DNA of 64,000 bases from Cryomorphaceae bacterium BACL29 MAG-121220-bin8 (GTDB taxonomy: Bacteria; Bacteroidota; Bacteroidia; Flavobacteriales; Flavobacteriaceae). Shown here piece after piece: positions 1-8,809 of this stretch; position 1 is the stretch's first letter; each line of letters opens with the position of its first letter. The notes beneath the pieces are model-generated. The model did no database searches. It had not been told where the DNA came from and saw only the letters and a list, made by a program, of their open reading frames with translations. The translations under genes were made by a program, and so were the position numbers. Location of the stretch: assembly GCA_905182765.1 (NCBI GenBank), contig CAJJCV010000030.1:3478-67477 (forward strand), given 5' to 3'.

Positions 1-1045
1 TATCAATTATATCTTTCATTTGAGCCTTAAAAATACTTTCCGAAAGTAAAGTACTTGAGAATTCTCCATTTAGAATTTTTTCTTCGTTTTTTAAAAATAT
101 TTTTACAGTATCATTAATAAGAGTATTTACTGAAAGTGCTCTTAAATAAGCAACTCTATCTGTTTTGTGTTTTAAAGAATTATATTTTTTAGTATCAATA
201 CTATCTTTAACTAAACGAATTAGAAACTCTAAAGCGTACTCTTCTGAAATCCATCCTAAATTAATTCCATCTTCAAAATCAATTAAAGTATAACAAATAT
301 CATCTGCTGCCTCTACTAAAAAAGCCAAAGGGTGTCGCATGTATTCACCATTAGAATCTACCATCCCTAGCTCTGTTGCAACTTCATCAAAAAAAGAGTT
401 TTGAGAATTAAAAAAACCAAATTTTTTATCTTTTACATGAGAAGATTTTTTGGATATAATTGAAGGTCTTGGATACTTTGTAAAAGCACCAAGAGTAGAA
501 TAACTTAATCTAAGCCCTCCTTTAATCCCTGCTTTGTTTTCTGAAATTATTTTAAATCCATTAGCGTTTCCTTCAAATTCACACAAATCAGTGTATTGTT
601 GTTCGGTAAGACTTTCTTTAAAATTAATACCGTCTCCATTTTTGAAAAAATCACCTATTGCCATTTCACCACTATGTCCAAAGGGAGGATTTCCTATGTC
701 ATGAGCTAAACTAGCTGCGGCAACAATAGCTCCAAAGTCATTACTTTGAAAGCCATAAGTTTGTTTTAAATATGGATATTTTTCAATTAATTTCTTGCCT
801 ACAACTCTTCCTAAACTTCTTCCTACAACTGAAACTTCTAGACTGTGAGTAAGTCTAGTATGGACAAAACTTGTTTTAGAAAAAGGAATTACCTGAGTCT
901 TATCTTGTAACGATCTAAAAGAAGATGAAAAAATTATTCTATCATAATCAACTTCAAAACCGATTCGAGTTTCATCTTGTTCTAGTCTTAATCTTTTTAA
1001 AGTATCACCTTGTCTTTTAAGTGAAAGTAGCTGTTCCCAATTCAT
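1..1045 (-). CDS. dgt: dGTPase-like deoxynucleoside-triphosphate triphosphohydrolase (HD domain); C-terminal part runs off the window
   Basis: Absent from the ORF track because it is open at the window edge. My own translation from the ATG (rc of 1043-1045) gives MNWEQLLSLKRQGD...FVHTRLTHSLEVSVVGR...LAHDIGNPPFGHSGE...VEAADDICY, with no stop down to position 1. Confidence 0.85.
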   Translation of the reverse strand, partial: MNWEQLLSLKRQGDTLKRLRLEQDETRIGFEVDYDRIIFSSSFRSLQDKTQVIPFSKTSFVHTRLTHSLEVSVVGRSLGRVVGKKLIEKYPYLKQTYGFQSNDFGAIVAAASLAHDIGNPPFGHSGEMAIGDFFKNGDGINFKESLTEQQYTDLCEFEGNANGFKIISENKAGIKGGLRLSYSTLGAFTKYPRPSIISKKSSHVKDKKFGFFNSQNSFFDEVATELGMVDSNGEYMRHPLAFLVEAADDICYTLIDFEDGINLGWISEEYALEFLIRLVKDSIDTKKYNSLKHKTDRVAYLRALSVNTLINDTVKIFLKNEEKILNGEFSSTLLSESIFKAQMKDIID

Positions 1046-1141
1046 TGATGCAATTTAACGAATCATTTAACATTATAACATAACTATTTCTTAACATTAG
1101 AAATATTTTATTGCTTTAATATTGTAGTATATATTTAAAAG

Positions 1142-2131
1142 ATGAAAAAAATTGTAATTATTTTGTTAATGCTTGTAAGTTTTAAAGCATACACTCAAGA
1201 TGCAAGCACTGGTAAACCAAATTTTAAAATTTTCTGGAATTACCATAATGATTTCACTAAAGAAGTAACAAAGAAAAGTGCTTTTGAACTTAAAAGAGTT
1301 TACCTAGGATATAAATATAATTTTAATGATAATATTTCAGCTAAAGTAACATACGATATTGGGTCTAACTCAGGTGGAAGTGCATATACAGCCTATGTCA
1401 AAATTGCTCAATTAGACTGGAAATTAAATCCCAAAATAAAACTTAGTATGGGTTTAATTGGAAACAAACAGTTTAATGACCAAGAAGGTTTGTGGGGCTA
1501 TCGCTACGCACAAAAAGGCTTTCTTAACGAATATAAATTTGGTGCAAGTGCAGATCTTGGGTTTAATTCGGAGTTTACTATTAATCCAAAATTTAAAATA
1601 AACTTATTTATTTTAAACGGCGAGGGTTATAAATCTCTTCAAGATGATAATGGACACCAAAAAATGGGAACAAGTTTTATATATAATTTCTCAAAGAAAC
1701 TTTCAGGAAAAATATATATGGATTCTCAACGTTCGAAAAACACAAAGTCAATAAAAAATAATTCTATTTTTTTGGGATACAATAGTACTGGTTTTAGAGT
1801 TGGAGTTGAATATGGTAAAATTGAAAATGCTAGAACATATAAAAATGCTGAGGATGATCATAACAGAGATGGTTTCTCTGTTTTTGGATCAAAAAAATTA
1901 TCTAATAATTATGAATTATTTGCTAGATACGATCAAATAAGTTCAAATATTCTATCTGGAGAATCCAAAGCATGGAATTACAATAATGACGGAAGCTTAG
2001 TAATGTTTGGAACACAATACCAAGCAATAAAAGGAGTGAAATTTAATTTAAATTACAAACTATTTAACTACAATAATTCACTAATTAACAATAAATCTAT
2101 TCTGTCTTTAAATGCAGAATTTAAAATATAA
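1142..2131 (+). CDS. Outer-membrane beta-barrel porin-like protein, possibly a phosphate-selective porin
   Basis: Signal peptide MKKIVIILLMLVSFKAYTQ. Alternating beta-strand-like pattern rich in Y/G/N, with a C-terminal aromatic residue (..NAEFKI). Lies 3 nt upstream of a PiT phosphate transporter gene. Confidence 0.5.
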   Translation: MKKIVIILLMLVSFKAYTQDASTGKPNFKIFWNYHNDFTKEVTKKSAFELKRVYLGYKYNFNDNISAKVTYDIGSNSGGSAYTAYVKIAQLDWKLNPKIKLSMGLIGNKQFNDQEGLWGYRYAQKGFLNEYKFGASADLGFNSEFTINPKFKINLFILNGEGYKSLQDDNGHQKMGTSFIYNFSKKLSGKIYMDSQRSKNTKSIKNNSIFLGYNSTGFRVGVEYGKIENARTYKNAEDDHNRDGFSVFGSKKLSNNYELFARYDQISSNILSGESKAWNYNNDGSLVMFGTQYQAIKGVKFNLNYKLFNYNNSLINNKSILSLNAEFKI

Positions 2132-2134
2132 CAT

Positions 2135-4501
2135 ATGAACTTTCTTAACATTAATTTTACATCAAGTCTTATAGATTTAACTTACTTTACTAATCAATTT
2201 AATAATGAAATGGATATATACTTGATCATGATAATTGCGCTAGGTCTTCTTGCTATAGCAGATTTAGTCGTTGGTGTTAGTAATGATGCTGTAAACTTTT
2301 TGAATTCTGCTATTGGATCCAAAGTGCTAAGTTTTAAATCAATAATGATTGTTGCCAGTCTTGGAATAGCAGTTGGTGCTGTGTTTTCAAGTGGAATGAT
2401 GGAAGTCGCTAGAAAAGGGATTTTTAATCCTGACATGTTTTTCTTTTCGGAAATCATGATCATTTTTATGGCAGTTATGATAACTGACATACTTTTACTT
2501 GATTTTTTCAATACTCTTGGTATGCCAACATCAACAACTGTATCTATAGTTTTTGAACTTTTAGGTGCTGCTGTAGCGGTATCATTAATTAAAATTTATG
2601 CAGCTGGGGGCGATTCAAGCATGCTACCTGAATACATTAACGTAGCTAAAGCAACTCAAATAATATTTGGAATACTTCTTTCAGTCTTTGTTGCTTTTAG
2701 TATTGGAGCAGTTGTTCAATATGTTTCAAGAATTTTACTTTCGTTCAAATTCGAAGAAAAAGCAAAATGGGTAGGCGCTTTATTTGGGGGGGTGGCTCTA
2801 ACATCTTTAACATATTTTATTTTGATGAAAGGCATCAAAGGAACTCCCTATGCAAAGGAGAGTTTTGAAATATTAAATGGATCTACTATTGCTTCTTTTA
2901 TGGAGTCTAATATTGTGGCAATTGCGCTAGTCAGTTTTATAATTTTATTTTTATTTTCTGCATTTTTTATATACAAACTTAAATTTAATATATACAAAAT
3001 AATTATTGCTATAGGTACTTTTTCGCTTGCTTTAGCATTCGCTGGTAACGACTTAGTAAACTTTATTGGAGTTCCTATTGCAGCATGGCAATCTTATGAG
3101 GCTTGGGTAGCGTCAGGCGTACCTGCAACTGAGTTTTCAATGGGAATATTAGCAGCTAAAGTCCCTACTCCAACATTATTATTATTATTTGCGGGAATAA
3201 TAATGGTTGTTACATTGTGGTTTTCATCTCGAGCTAAAAATGTAGTTAAAACCTCAATTGACTTATCGAATCAACAGAACACCAAAGAAAGGTTTAATCC
3301 TAACTTTATTTCTAGAGGGTTAGTAAGGTTTTCTGTTAATGTTTCAAATGTATTTTCAAAAATAGTTCCAATAAAGGCACAAAATCATATTGAAAAGCAG
3401 TTTGAAAAGCCCGAGATAGAATTAGCATCAAATAAATCAATAGAATTACCTGCTTTTGATCAAATTAGAGCAGCTGTTAATTTAATGGTAGCTGCTATAT
3501 TAATTTCTATTGCAACTTCTTTTAAACTTCCTTTATCTACTACCTATGTTACTTTTATGGTTGCTATGGGGACTTCACTGGCTGATAGAGCCTGGGGGAG
3601 TGAAAGTGCTGTATATAGAGTCGCTGGAGTTCTAAATGTAATTGGAGGATGGTTCTTTACTGCATTTGTAGCTTTTATTGGGTGTGCGCTAATTGCATTT
3701 TTAATTAATCTTGGAGGTCCGACTGCCATTGCAATCTTATTGTTTTTAGCTTTAATTATTTTAGCTAGAAACTACATTTCTCACAAAAAAGATGTTGATC
3801 AAACTAACAATGAGGATGCTTTAAATTCTGCAGAAAGTAGTTCTATTCAAGGTGTGATAATTGAAAGCTCAAGTAACGTTTCAAAAGCAGCTAAGAAATT
3901 TAAAAAAATCTTTGCTTCATCAATAAACGGATTGGCAACTCAAGACTTGTCAATTTTAAAAAAGAATAAAAAAGATGTAAAATCTCTTTCCGAAGAAATC
4001 GAGAGTTTAAGAAATGATCTATTTTATTTTATTAAAAACTTGGACGAATCTACCATTAAAGGTGCGAGTAATTTCTATATAAATGTTCTTAGCTTGTTAC
4101 AAGATGTTGCTCAATCATTAGAGTATATTTCAAAAGTAACTTTCAAGCATATTAATAATAATCACAAAGCATTAACTTTTAATCAAATAAGAGAATTAAA
4201 AGAGATTAGTCTTCAGCTTGAAACTTTATTTGAGAGAACTAAATTCGCTTTTTCAAAAAATAATTTCAAAGAAATCTCTAATATTTTAGACTCCAAACAA
4301 CAATTACTAGAGTCAATAAGACAGAAAATTGATAATCAAATTTCAAGAACTAAATCTGAAGAATCAAGTCCTAAAAACACAACACTTTACTTTAGTCTTT
4401 TAACAGAAACTAAAGATCTTATAAAGGCAAATATGGCGATGCTAGAGTTGTATGATGAACAATATGATTCAAATATTGAACCACCATCAGCTAATGAATA
4501 G
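2135..4501 (+). CDS. PiT-family inorganic phosphate transporter with a C-terminal PhoU/DUF47-like helical extension
   Basis: Repeated PHO4-type motifs (GVSNDAVNFLNSAIGS, AFAGNDLVNFIGVPIA) and many TM segments. The last ~230 aa are hydrophilic and helical. The true start may be an internal Met (MDIYLIMII..). Confidence 0.8.
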   Translation: MNFLNINFTSSLIDLTYFTNQFNNEMDIYLIMIIALGLLAIADLVVGVSNDAVNFLNSAIGSKVLSFKSIMIVASLGIAVGAVFSSGMMEVARKGIFNPDMFFFSEIMIIFMAVMITDILLLDFFNTLGMPTSTTVSIVFELLGAAVAVSLIKIYAAGGDSSMLPEYINVAKATQIIFGILLSVFVAFSIGAVVQYVSRILLSFKFEEKAKWVGALFGGVALTSLTYFILMKGIKGTPYAKESFEILNGSTIASFMESNIVAIALVSFIILFLFSAFFIYKLKFNIYKIIIAIGTFSLALAFAGNDLVNFIGVPIAAWQSYEAWVASGVPATEFSMGILAAKVPTPTLLLLFAGIIMVVTLWFSSRAKNVVKTSIDLSNQQNTKERFNPNFISRGLVRFSVNVSNVFSKIVPIKAQNHIEKQFEKPEIELASNKSIELPAFDQIRAAVNLMVAAILISIATSFKLPLSTTYVTFMVAMGTSLADRAWGSESAVYRVAGVLNVIGGWFFTAFVAFIGCALIAFLINLGGPTAIAILLFLALIILARNYISHKKDVDQTNNEDALNSAESSSIQGVIIESSSNVSKAAKKFKKIFASSINGLATQDLSILKKNKKDVKSLSEEIESLRNDLFYFIKNLDESTIKGASNFYINVLSLLQDVAQSLEYISKVTFKHINNNHKALTFNQIRELKEISLQLETLFERTKFAFSKNNFKEISNILDSKQQLLESIRQKIDNQISRTKSEESSPKNTTLYFSLLTETKDLIKANMAMLELYDEQYDSNIEPPSANE

Positions 4502-4522
4502 CAATTAATGATTACTTGATAT

Positions 4523-4555
4523 AAAAAAAGCGGTTCTTATTGAACCGCTTTTTTT
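4523..4555. terminator. Bidirectional intrinsic terminator between the PiT gene (+) and nrdA (-)
   Basis: Stem gcggttc / gaaccgc (4530-4536 and 4542-4548), flanked by an A-run on the left and a T-run on the right. Confidence 0.7.
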
Positions 4556-4577
4556 ATATCAATAATTTAATTTTGAA

Positions 4578-6356
4578 CTAACCCTCGCAACTAGCACACT
4601 CTTTCTTTTGTTTGAATTTTTGTGCTGCATTCATACTGTGTTGATAGTACAACGATTTCAATCCTAATTTCCATGCAGTAATATGAATCTTATTAATCTC
4701 CTTGGTAGGTGTGTCAGGGTGTACAATGATATTAAGCGATTGACCTTGATCTAAATGATTTTGTCTATTTGCTGCCTGATAAATGATCACTAATTGGTCA
4801 ATCTCGGAGTAAGTTTTAAATATCTCTTTTTCGTTTTCAGATAAGAAATCAAGATGTTGAACAGAGCCATCTCTGTCTCTTATATCTCTCCACACTTCTG
4901 GTGTATCCATTCCTTTTTCTTTCAAAAGCTTTATCAAAAAAGGATTTTTAATTGTTGTTTTTATTTTCGCAATATCTTTAACATAAATATTAGACCATAT
5001 TGGTTCTATCCCTTGAGATACTTGCCCTAATATAAAAGCAGATGATGTAGTTGGTGCTATAGCGTTTAAAGTTGCATTCCTTCTGCCATATCCCTTAAGC
5101 AGTTCTGGTTCTCCAAACTTTTCTGCCAAGTGTTCAGAGGCTTTATAGGAATACTCTTTTAGAGTTTTGAAAACCTCACTATTTAAATCGTATGCCTGTT
5201 GACTATCAAAAGGTAGCATTTTAGATTGTAGTAATGAGTGCCATCCTAGAGTCCCCATTCCCAATGCTCTGTTTTCTTTTGCAAAATTATATGCTCTTTC
5301 CATAAACAGAAATGTTTGCTGATCCTCTCTGTCAGGAGAATTCTTATAGGATTCTAATTTTTCTAAAAATTCAGTAATTACAGAATCTAAGAAATAAACC
5401 ATAGTTTGAACAGCATCCGTATCTTTCCACTTATCATAATGTAATAAATTGATGCTTGATAAAACACAAACAAAAGACCAGTCATGATTTGAGGGCAACA
5501 TTATTTCTGTACACAAGTTACTTGCATAAATTGGCAACTTTTTATCTTTGTACACATCAGCAGCACCATTGTTTGCATTGTCTGTAAAGAAAATATAAGG
5601 GTATCCCATTTCACCACGGCTTTGTAAAACTTTAGCCCAAACTGTTCTTTTTTCAACATCACCATCAATCATATCTTGCATCCAGTCATTAGTTACAGTG
5701 ACTCCATGAGTTAATTCTTGGATAGGATTACCTTCTGATCCTATTTCTAGGAATTCCATAATATCTGCGTGATCAATTGGTAAATAAGGGGAAAAACGCC
5801 CTCGTCTTACCGAACCTTGACTAACAACATCTACCATAGATTCAAACAATCTCATTATATGAACGGCTCCAGAAGCTTCCCCATTATTTTTTATTGCAGC
5901 CCCTCGTGGTCTAATTTTACCAAAATACCCAGAAGTTCCTCCTCCTAATTTAGACATCATGCCTACCTCAGATTGAGTGTACAAAATGTTACCTATATCA
6001 TCATCAATATGAGAACCAAAACAGCTGATTGGTAAACCGCGTTCTTTTCCAAAGTTTGACCAAACAGGAGATGCCAGTGAATAATAACCTTCTGACATAT
6101 AATAATAAAACTTGTCTGCAAAGCCTGGCATTTGAAGAATTCCTTCTGCTCTTTTTGCAATATTAGCAATACGTTCTTCAGCACACAATCCCTCACCTAA
6201 ATACCCAGCAGCTAGAAATTTTCTGCTATTTTCGTTAAGCCACTCAAATGGTTTTTCAGAAACCAAATTCATTCTTTGATTTGATTTATCTCTAGCTTGA
6301 GTTGAATCTTGGGATGAATTTATTTGTTTTTGTTCGGTTGTTGTTTTTGTCTGCAT
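4578..6356 (-). CDS. nrdA: Ribonucleoside-diphosphate reductase alpha subunit, short form without an ATP-cone
   Basis: RNR catalytic-core motifs (SNLCTEI, PISCFGS) and a C-terminal redox cysteine pair (..CASCEG). No ATP-cone at the N-terminus. The Q/T/S-rich first 28 aa leave an alternative start at MNLVSEKPFEW possible. Confidence 0.9.
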   Translation of the reverse strand: MQTKTTTEQKQINSSQDSTQARDKSNQRMNLVSEKPFEWLNENSRKFLAAGYLGEGLCAEERIANIAKRAEGILQMPGFADKFYYYMSEGYYSLASPVWSNFGKERGLPISCFGSHIDDDIGNILYTQSEVGMMSKLGGGTSGYFGKIRPRGAAIKNNGEASGAVHIMRLFESMVDVVSQGSVRRGRFSPYLPIDHADIMEFLEIGSEGNPIQELTHGVTVTNDWMQDMIDGDVEKRTVWAKVLQSRGEMGYPYIFFTDNANNGAADVYKDKKLPIYASNLCTEIMLPSNHDWSFVCVLSSINLLHYDKWKDTDAVQTMVYFLDSVITEFLEKLESYKNSPDREDQQTFLFMERAYNFAKENRALGMGTLGWHSLLQSKMLPFDSQQAYDLNSEVFKTLKEYSYKASEHLAEKFGEPELLKGYGRRNATLNAIAPTTSSAFILGQVSQGIEPIWSNIYVKDIAKIKTTIKNPFLIKLLKEKGMDTPEVWRDIRDRDGSVQHLDFLSENEKEIFKTYSEIDQLVIIYQAANRQNHLDQGQSLNIIVHPDTPTKEINKIHITAWKLGLKSLYYQHSMNAAQKFKQKKECASCEG

Positions 6357-6359
6357 GTC

Positions 6360-7667
6360 TTAAAATAGGTCGTCATTTGTTATACTTTGGCTTCTTTTAC
6401 TATAATTGATAGATCTTTTTACAAAAAAATCTCCATGTTTAGTCCCTATAATCTCATCATCAAACCATTCGGTTTCTGAAACTAAATTTTGATCGACCTC
6501 AAATACTTTATCAATTCCTATGCTTTCTAAAGAGTTATTGAATCTATTTTTTACAAACTCATTAATTACATTTTTTGGTAAAAAGTCTAGCTCTCCTTTT
6601 TCAAAAATCCAATCCACGACATCTTGCTCTGCTTCAAAAGCTTCCCTACACAAGTTTTGAATATCTTCATGATATTCTGGTGTAAACCACTCAGGATGTT
6701 CTTTCTGAAGGATTTTGATTAAATCAATACCAAAATCTCCGTGAATTTGCTCTTCTTTAGACGTCGCCTCCACCACATTGGAAATGCCTTTCAACATGTT
6801 TTTGTGCTTATTAAAAGCCATGATAATTAAGAATTGAGAAAATAAAGAAACATGTTCAATAAATAATGAAAACAAAAGAATAGATTCAGCATATTCTTTA
6901 TCATTATCGCTTTTTGAATTTTTAAGCGCTGTTTCTAAGTATCGTACCCTTTTCATGATGCTTGGTTTCTTTTTAAGCTCTTTGAATTCCGAGTTCAGTC
7001 CTAGTATTTCTAATAAATGAGAATAAGCATCAGCGTGGCGAACTTCACTTTCTGCAAACGTTGATCCTACTGAACCAATCTCTGGTTTTGGGATTCTATG
7101 ATAGAGATCTCCCCAAAAAGATTTAACAGCCACTTCTATTTGAGAAATTGCCAACATTGTGTTTTTAATTGCACTTCTTTCTGATTCAGATAAGCGAGAC
7201 TTAAAATCCTGAATATCACTTGTGAAATTAAATTCTGAATGGATCCAATAAGAATGTCTTATAGCTGGAACATATTCATAGAGATGAGGATATTCGTATG
7301 GCTTTAAGTTAATTCGTTTTTCAAAAATATTAGACTCTCTTTTTTGACTTCTTTTGTTACGATATAAAATGTATGCTTTTGCAGCTCCTGGGAACTTACT
7401 TTCCATTAACTGTGTCTCTACAATGTCTTGAACCTCTTCAATTGTTGGAATATATTCTTTGTGCTCATTTTTACGATCTAATAATGTTTTGTAAACTGAT
7501 AATGCAACATCTTGTGCATTTTCATAAGTTCCAACCTCCACTGCAACCATTGCTTTATGAATAGCTTCTGTAATTTTATCTAAGTGAAAAGCTTTTGTAT
7601 TGAAATCTCTCTTAATTATTTGATCTATCTCCATATTGTTCAAAATTATTTTTTTATTCTTCTGCAT
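6360..7667 (-). CDS. nrdB: Ribonucleotide reductase beta (radical-generating) subunit with an N-terminal ATP-cone
   Basis: The first ~100 aa (IIKRDFNTKAFHLDKITEAIHKA...AAKAYILYRNKR) look like an ATP-cone. A ferritin-like R2 core follows, with ESEVRHADAY and EEQIHGDFG metal-ligand motifs. Lies 3 nt upstream of nrdA. Confidence 0.85.
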   Translation of the reverse strand: MQKNKKIILNNMEIDQIIKRDFNTKAFHLDKITEAIHKAMVAVEVGTYENAQDVALSVYKTLLDRKNEHKEYIPTIEEVQDIVETQLMESKFPGAAKAYILYRNKRSQKRESNIFEKRINLKPYEYPHLYEYVPAIRHSYWIHSEFNFTSDIQDFKSRLSESERSAIKNTMLAISQIEVAVKSFWGDLYHRIPKPEIGSVGSTFAESEVRHADAYSHLLEILGLNSEFKELKKKPSIMKRVRYLETALKNSKSDNDKEYAESILLFSLFIEHVSLFSQFLIIMAFNKHKNMLKGISNVVEATSKEEQIHGDFGIDLIKILQKEHPEWFTPEYHEDIQNLCREAFEAEQDVVDWIFEKGELDFLPKNVINEFVKNRFNNSLESIGIDKVFEVDQNLVSETEWFDDEIIGTKHGDFFVKRSINYSKRSQSITNDDLF

Positions 7668-7858
7668 TATAGTAAATATCTGCTTTATTTCAGCTGTTTT
7701 AAATCGTGACTTTATAAGTTCTTAACAAAATTTTCAACATAAATTTTATTTGGTTTTAAAATATTTATCAATTAAAAAAAGAGAGTTATTTGCTCTTAAC
7801 TTTAATTATTTAAAGCCTTATTAACTAATTCTTCAATAACAAATACTACTGTTACAAG

Positions 7859-7874
7859 TCCTGTTTAAACAGGA
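7859..7874. promoter_or_regulatory. 16-bp perfect palindrome tcctgtttaaacagga in the long nrdB leader; candidate operator or RNA hairpin
   Basis: Read directly from the sequence. Lies about 190-205 nt upstream of the nrdB start, inside the 507-bp non-coding region. Confidence 0.3.
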
Positions 7875-8174
7875 ATGACTCTGCAAAACACATTATCACT
7901 AATGAGTTTATAAATTGTTTTTTTTGTAAAATTGATTCAACAGCAGACATGTTATTTAAGTTTAATTTTAAAAATTGGTAAAATTTTTTGGTTGTCTATT
8001 AATACAAAGATTCTAAAATGTTTCCAAAAATGAAAGGAGTAGTTATTCACAAACCGGCTTAGTTCTTAACAATTAGAAAATCGTTAATTTTCGTTATTCA
8101 GAATAGTATTGAGCATATTTAGCTAATTCTCAAATGTTTATATTTAACAAAGAACTGCATTCTAATTTAACATG

Positions 8175-8744
8175 TTATTTAGTTTTGTTTTTGGCTATTA
8201 TTTCGAGCTCCAAAAACCAATCTTTTCCAAACTTTTTTATCAAAGCTTCTTTTACAAATTCAAAAACTGGTTTTTTTAATTCATTACCCAAACTACAAGC
8301 GTCAGAACATATTGACCAGTTATGATAATTTACAGCTGTAAATTCCGAATACTCTTTTACTCTAACTGGGTATAAGTGACATGATATTGGTTTATTAAAG
8401 CTTATCTCTTTATTCAAATATGCTTTTTCTATTCCACATGATAACGATCCGTTGTCTTCATAATGGACATATACACAAGCTTTTGAATCTACTAACGGAG
8501 TCTCTAAATTTCCGTCGTCAAGAGTAACATATTTTCCATAAGAATTGATAATTTTTTTTGCTCTAGTCGATATATATTTAGAAATTTTATCGAAATTTTG
8601 ATTCAATAATTCAGCTTCTTTTTTTTCTAATGGAGCTCCGGCAGTGCCTTCAACACAACAAGCACCTTTACATTTTGAAATATTGCAATGAAAATTATTT
8701 TCAATTATTTCTTCAGAAACTAAAGTTTTACCAATCCTAAACAT
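8175..8744 (-). CDS. DUF3109-family cysteine-rich protein, a putative metal or Fe-S binding protein
   Basis: N-terminal HCNISKCKGACCVEG motif plus further Cys residues (CVYV, SCGIEK, SCHLYP, SICSDACS). The ~190-aa size is typical of Bacteroidota DUF3109. Confidence 0.6.
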   Translation of the reverse strand: MFRIGKTLVSEEIIENNFHCNISKCKGACCVEGTAGAPLEKKEAELLNQNFDKISKYISTRAKKIINSYGKYVTLDDGNLETPLVDSKACVYVHYEDNGSLSCGIEKAYLNKEISFNKPISCHLYPVRVKEYSEFTAVNYHNWSICSDACSLGNELKKPVFEFVKEALIKKFGKDWFLELEIIAKNKTK

Positions 8745-8809
8745 TTTATGAAAATAAGAAAATAGTTGTTCAAATAATTTGAATATAAATTATATTTGAA
8801 AAAAAATTT

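Noticed and set aside
2194-2511. Antisense or shadow ORFs inside long well-supported genes: 2194-2511, 3544-3729, 5993-6196, 7373-7564, 9808-10005, 11120-11386, 11321-11704, 11940-12242, 13517-13699, 14064-14261, 14507-14836, 15304-15516, 17404-17780, 21804-21992, 25014-25319, 26690-26908, 27648-27890, 29439-29741, 31918-32259, 32461-33129, 33854-34105, 37577-38133, 39397-39579, 40942-41232, 42749-43006, 45178-45378, 49110-49346, 54189-54389, 55663-56457, 58281-58466, 60327-60527.
   Set aside because: Each lies wholly within, or largely overlaps, a longer ORF with clear family motifs in another frame or on the other strand. Their translations are low-complexity with no recognisable motif, as expected for shadow ORFs in AT-rich DNA.
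7668-8174. Possible chromosomal replication origin (an AT-rich 507-bp gap with one DnaA-box-like ttattcaca at about 8044-8052).
   Set aside because: I found only a single one-mismatch DnaA-box. There is no cluster of boxes, no adjacent dnaA or dnaN, and no obvious strand-bias switch of genes at this point.
7668-8174. Cobalamin riboswitch or NrdR boxes upstream of nrdB.
   Set aside because: I found no B12-box (GCCACTG-like) and no conserved cobalamin riboswitch core. I also found no pair of 16-bp NrdR-type palindromes (acaCwAtATaTwgtgt). The palindrome that is present has a different sequence. An Infernal scan would settle this.
8134-8325. A 63-aa plus-strand ORF spanning the end of the leader region and the 3' end of the DUF3109 gene.
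   Set aside because: It mostly overlaps the DUF3109 CDS in antisense. The peptide is low-complexity with no supporting features.
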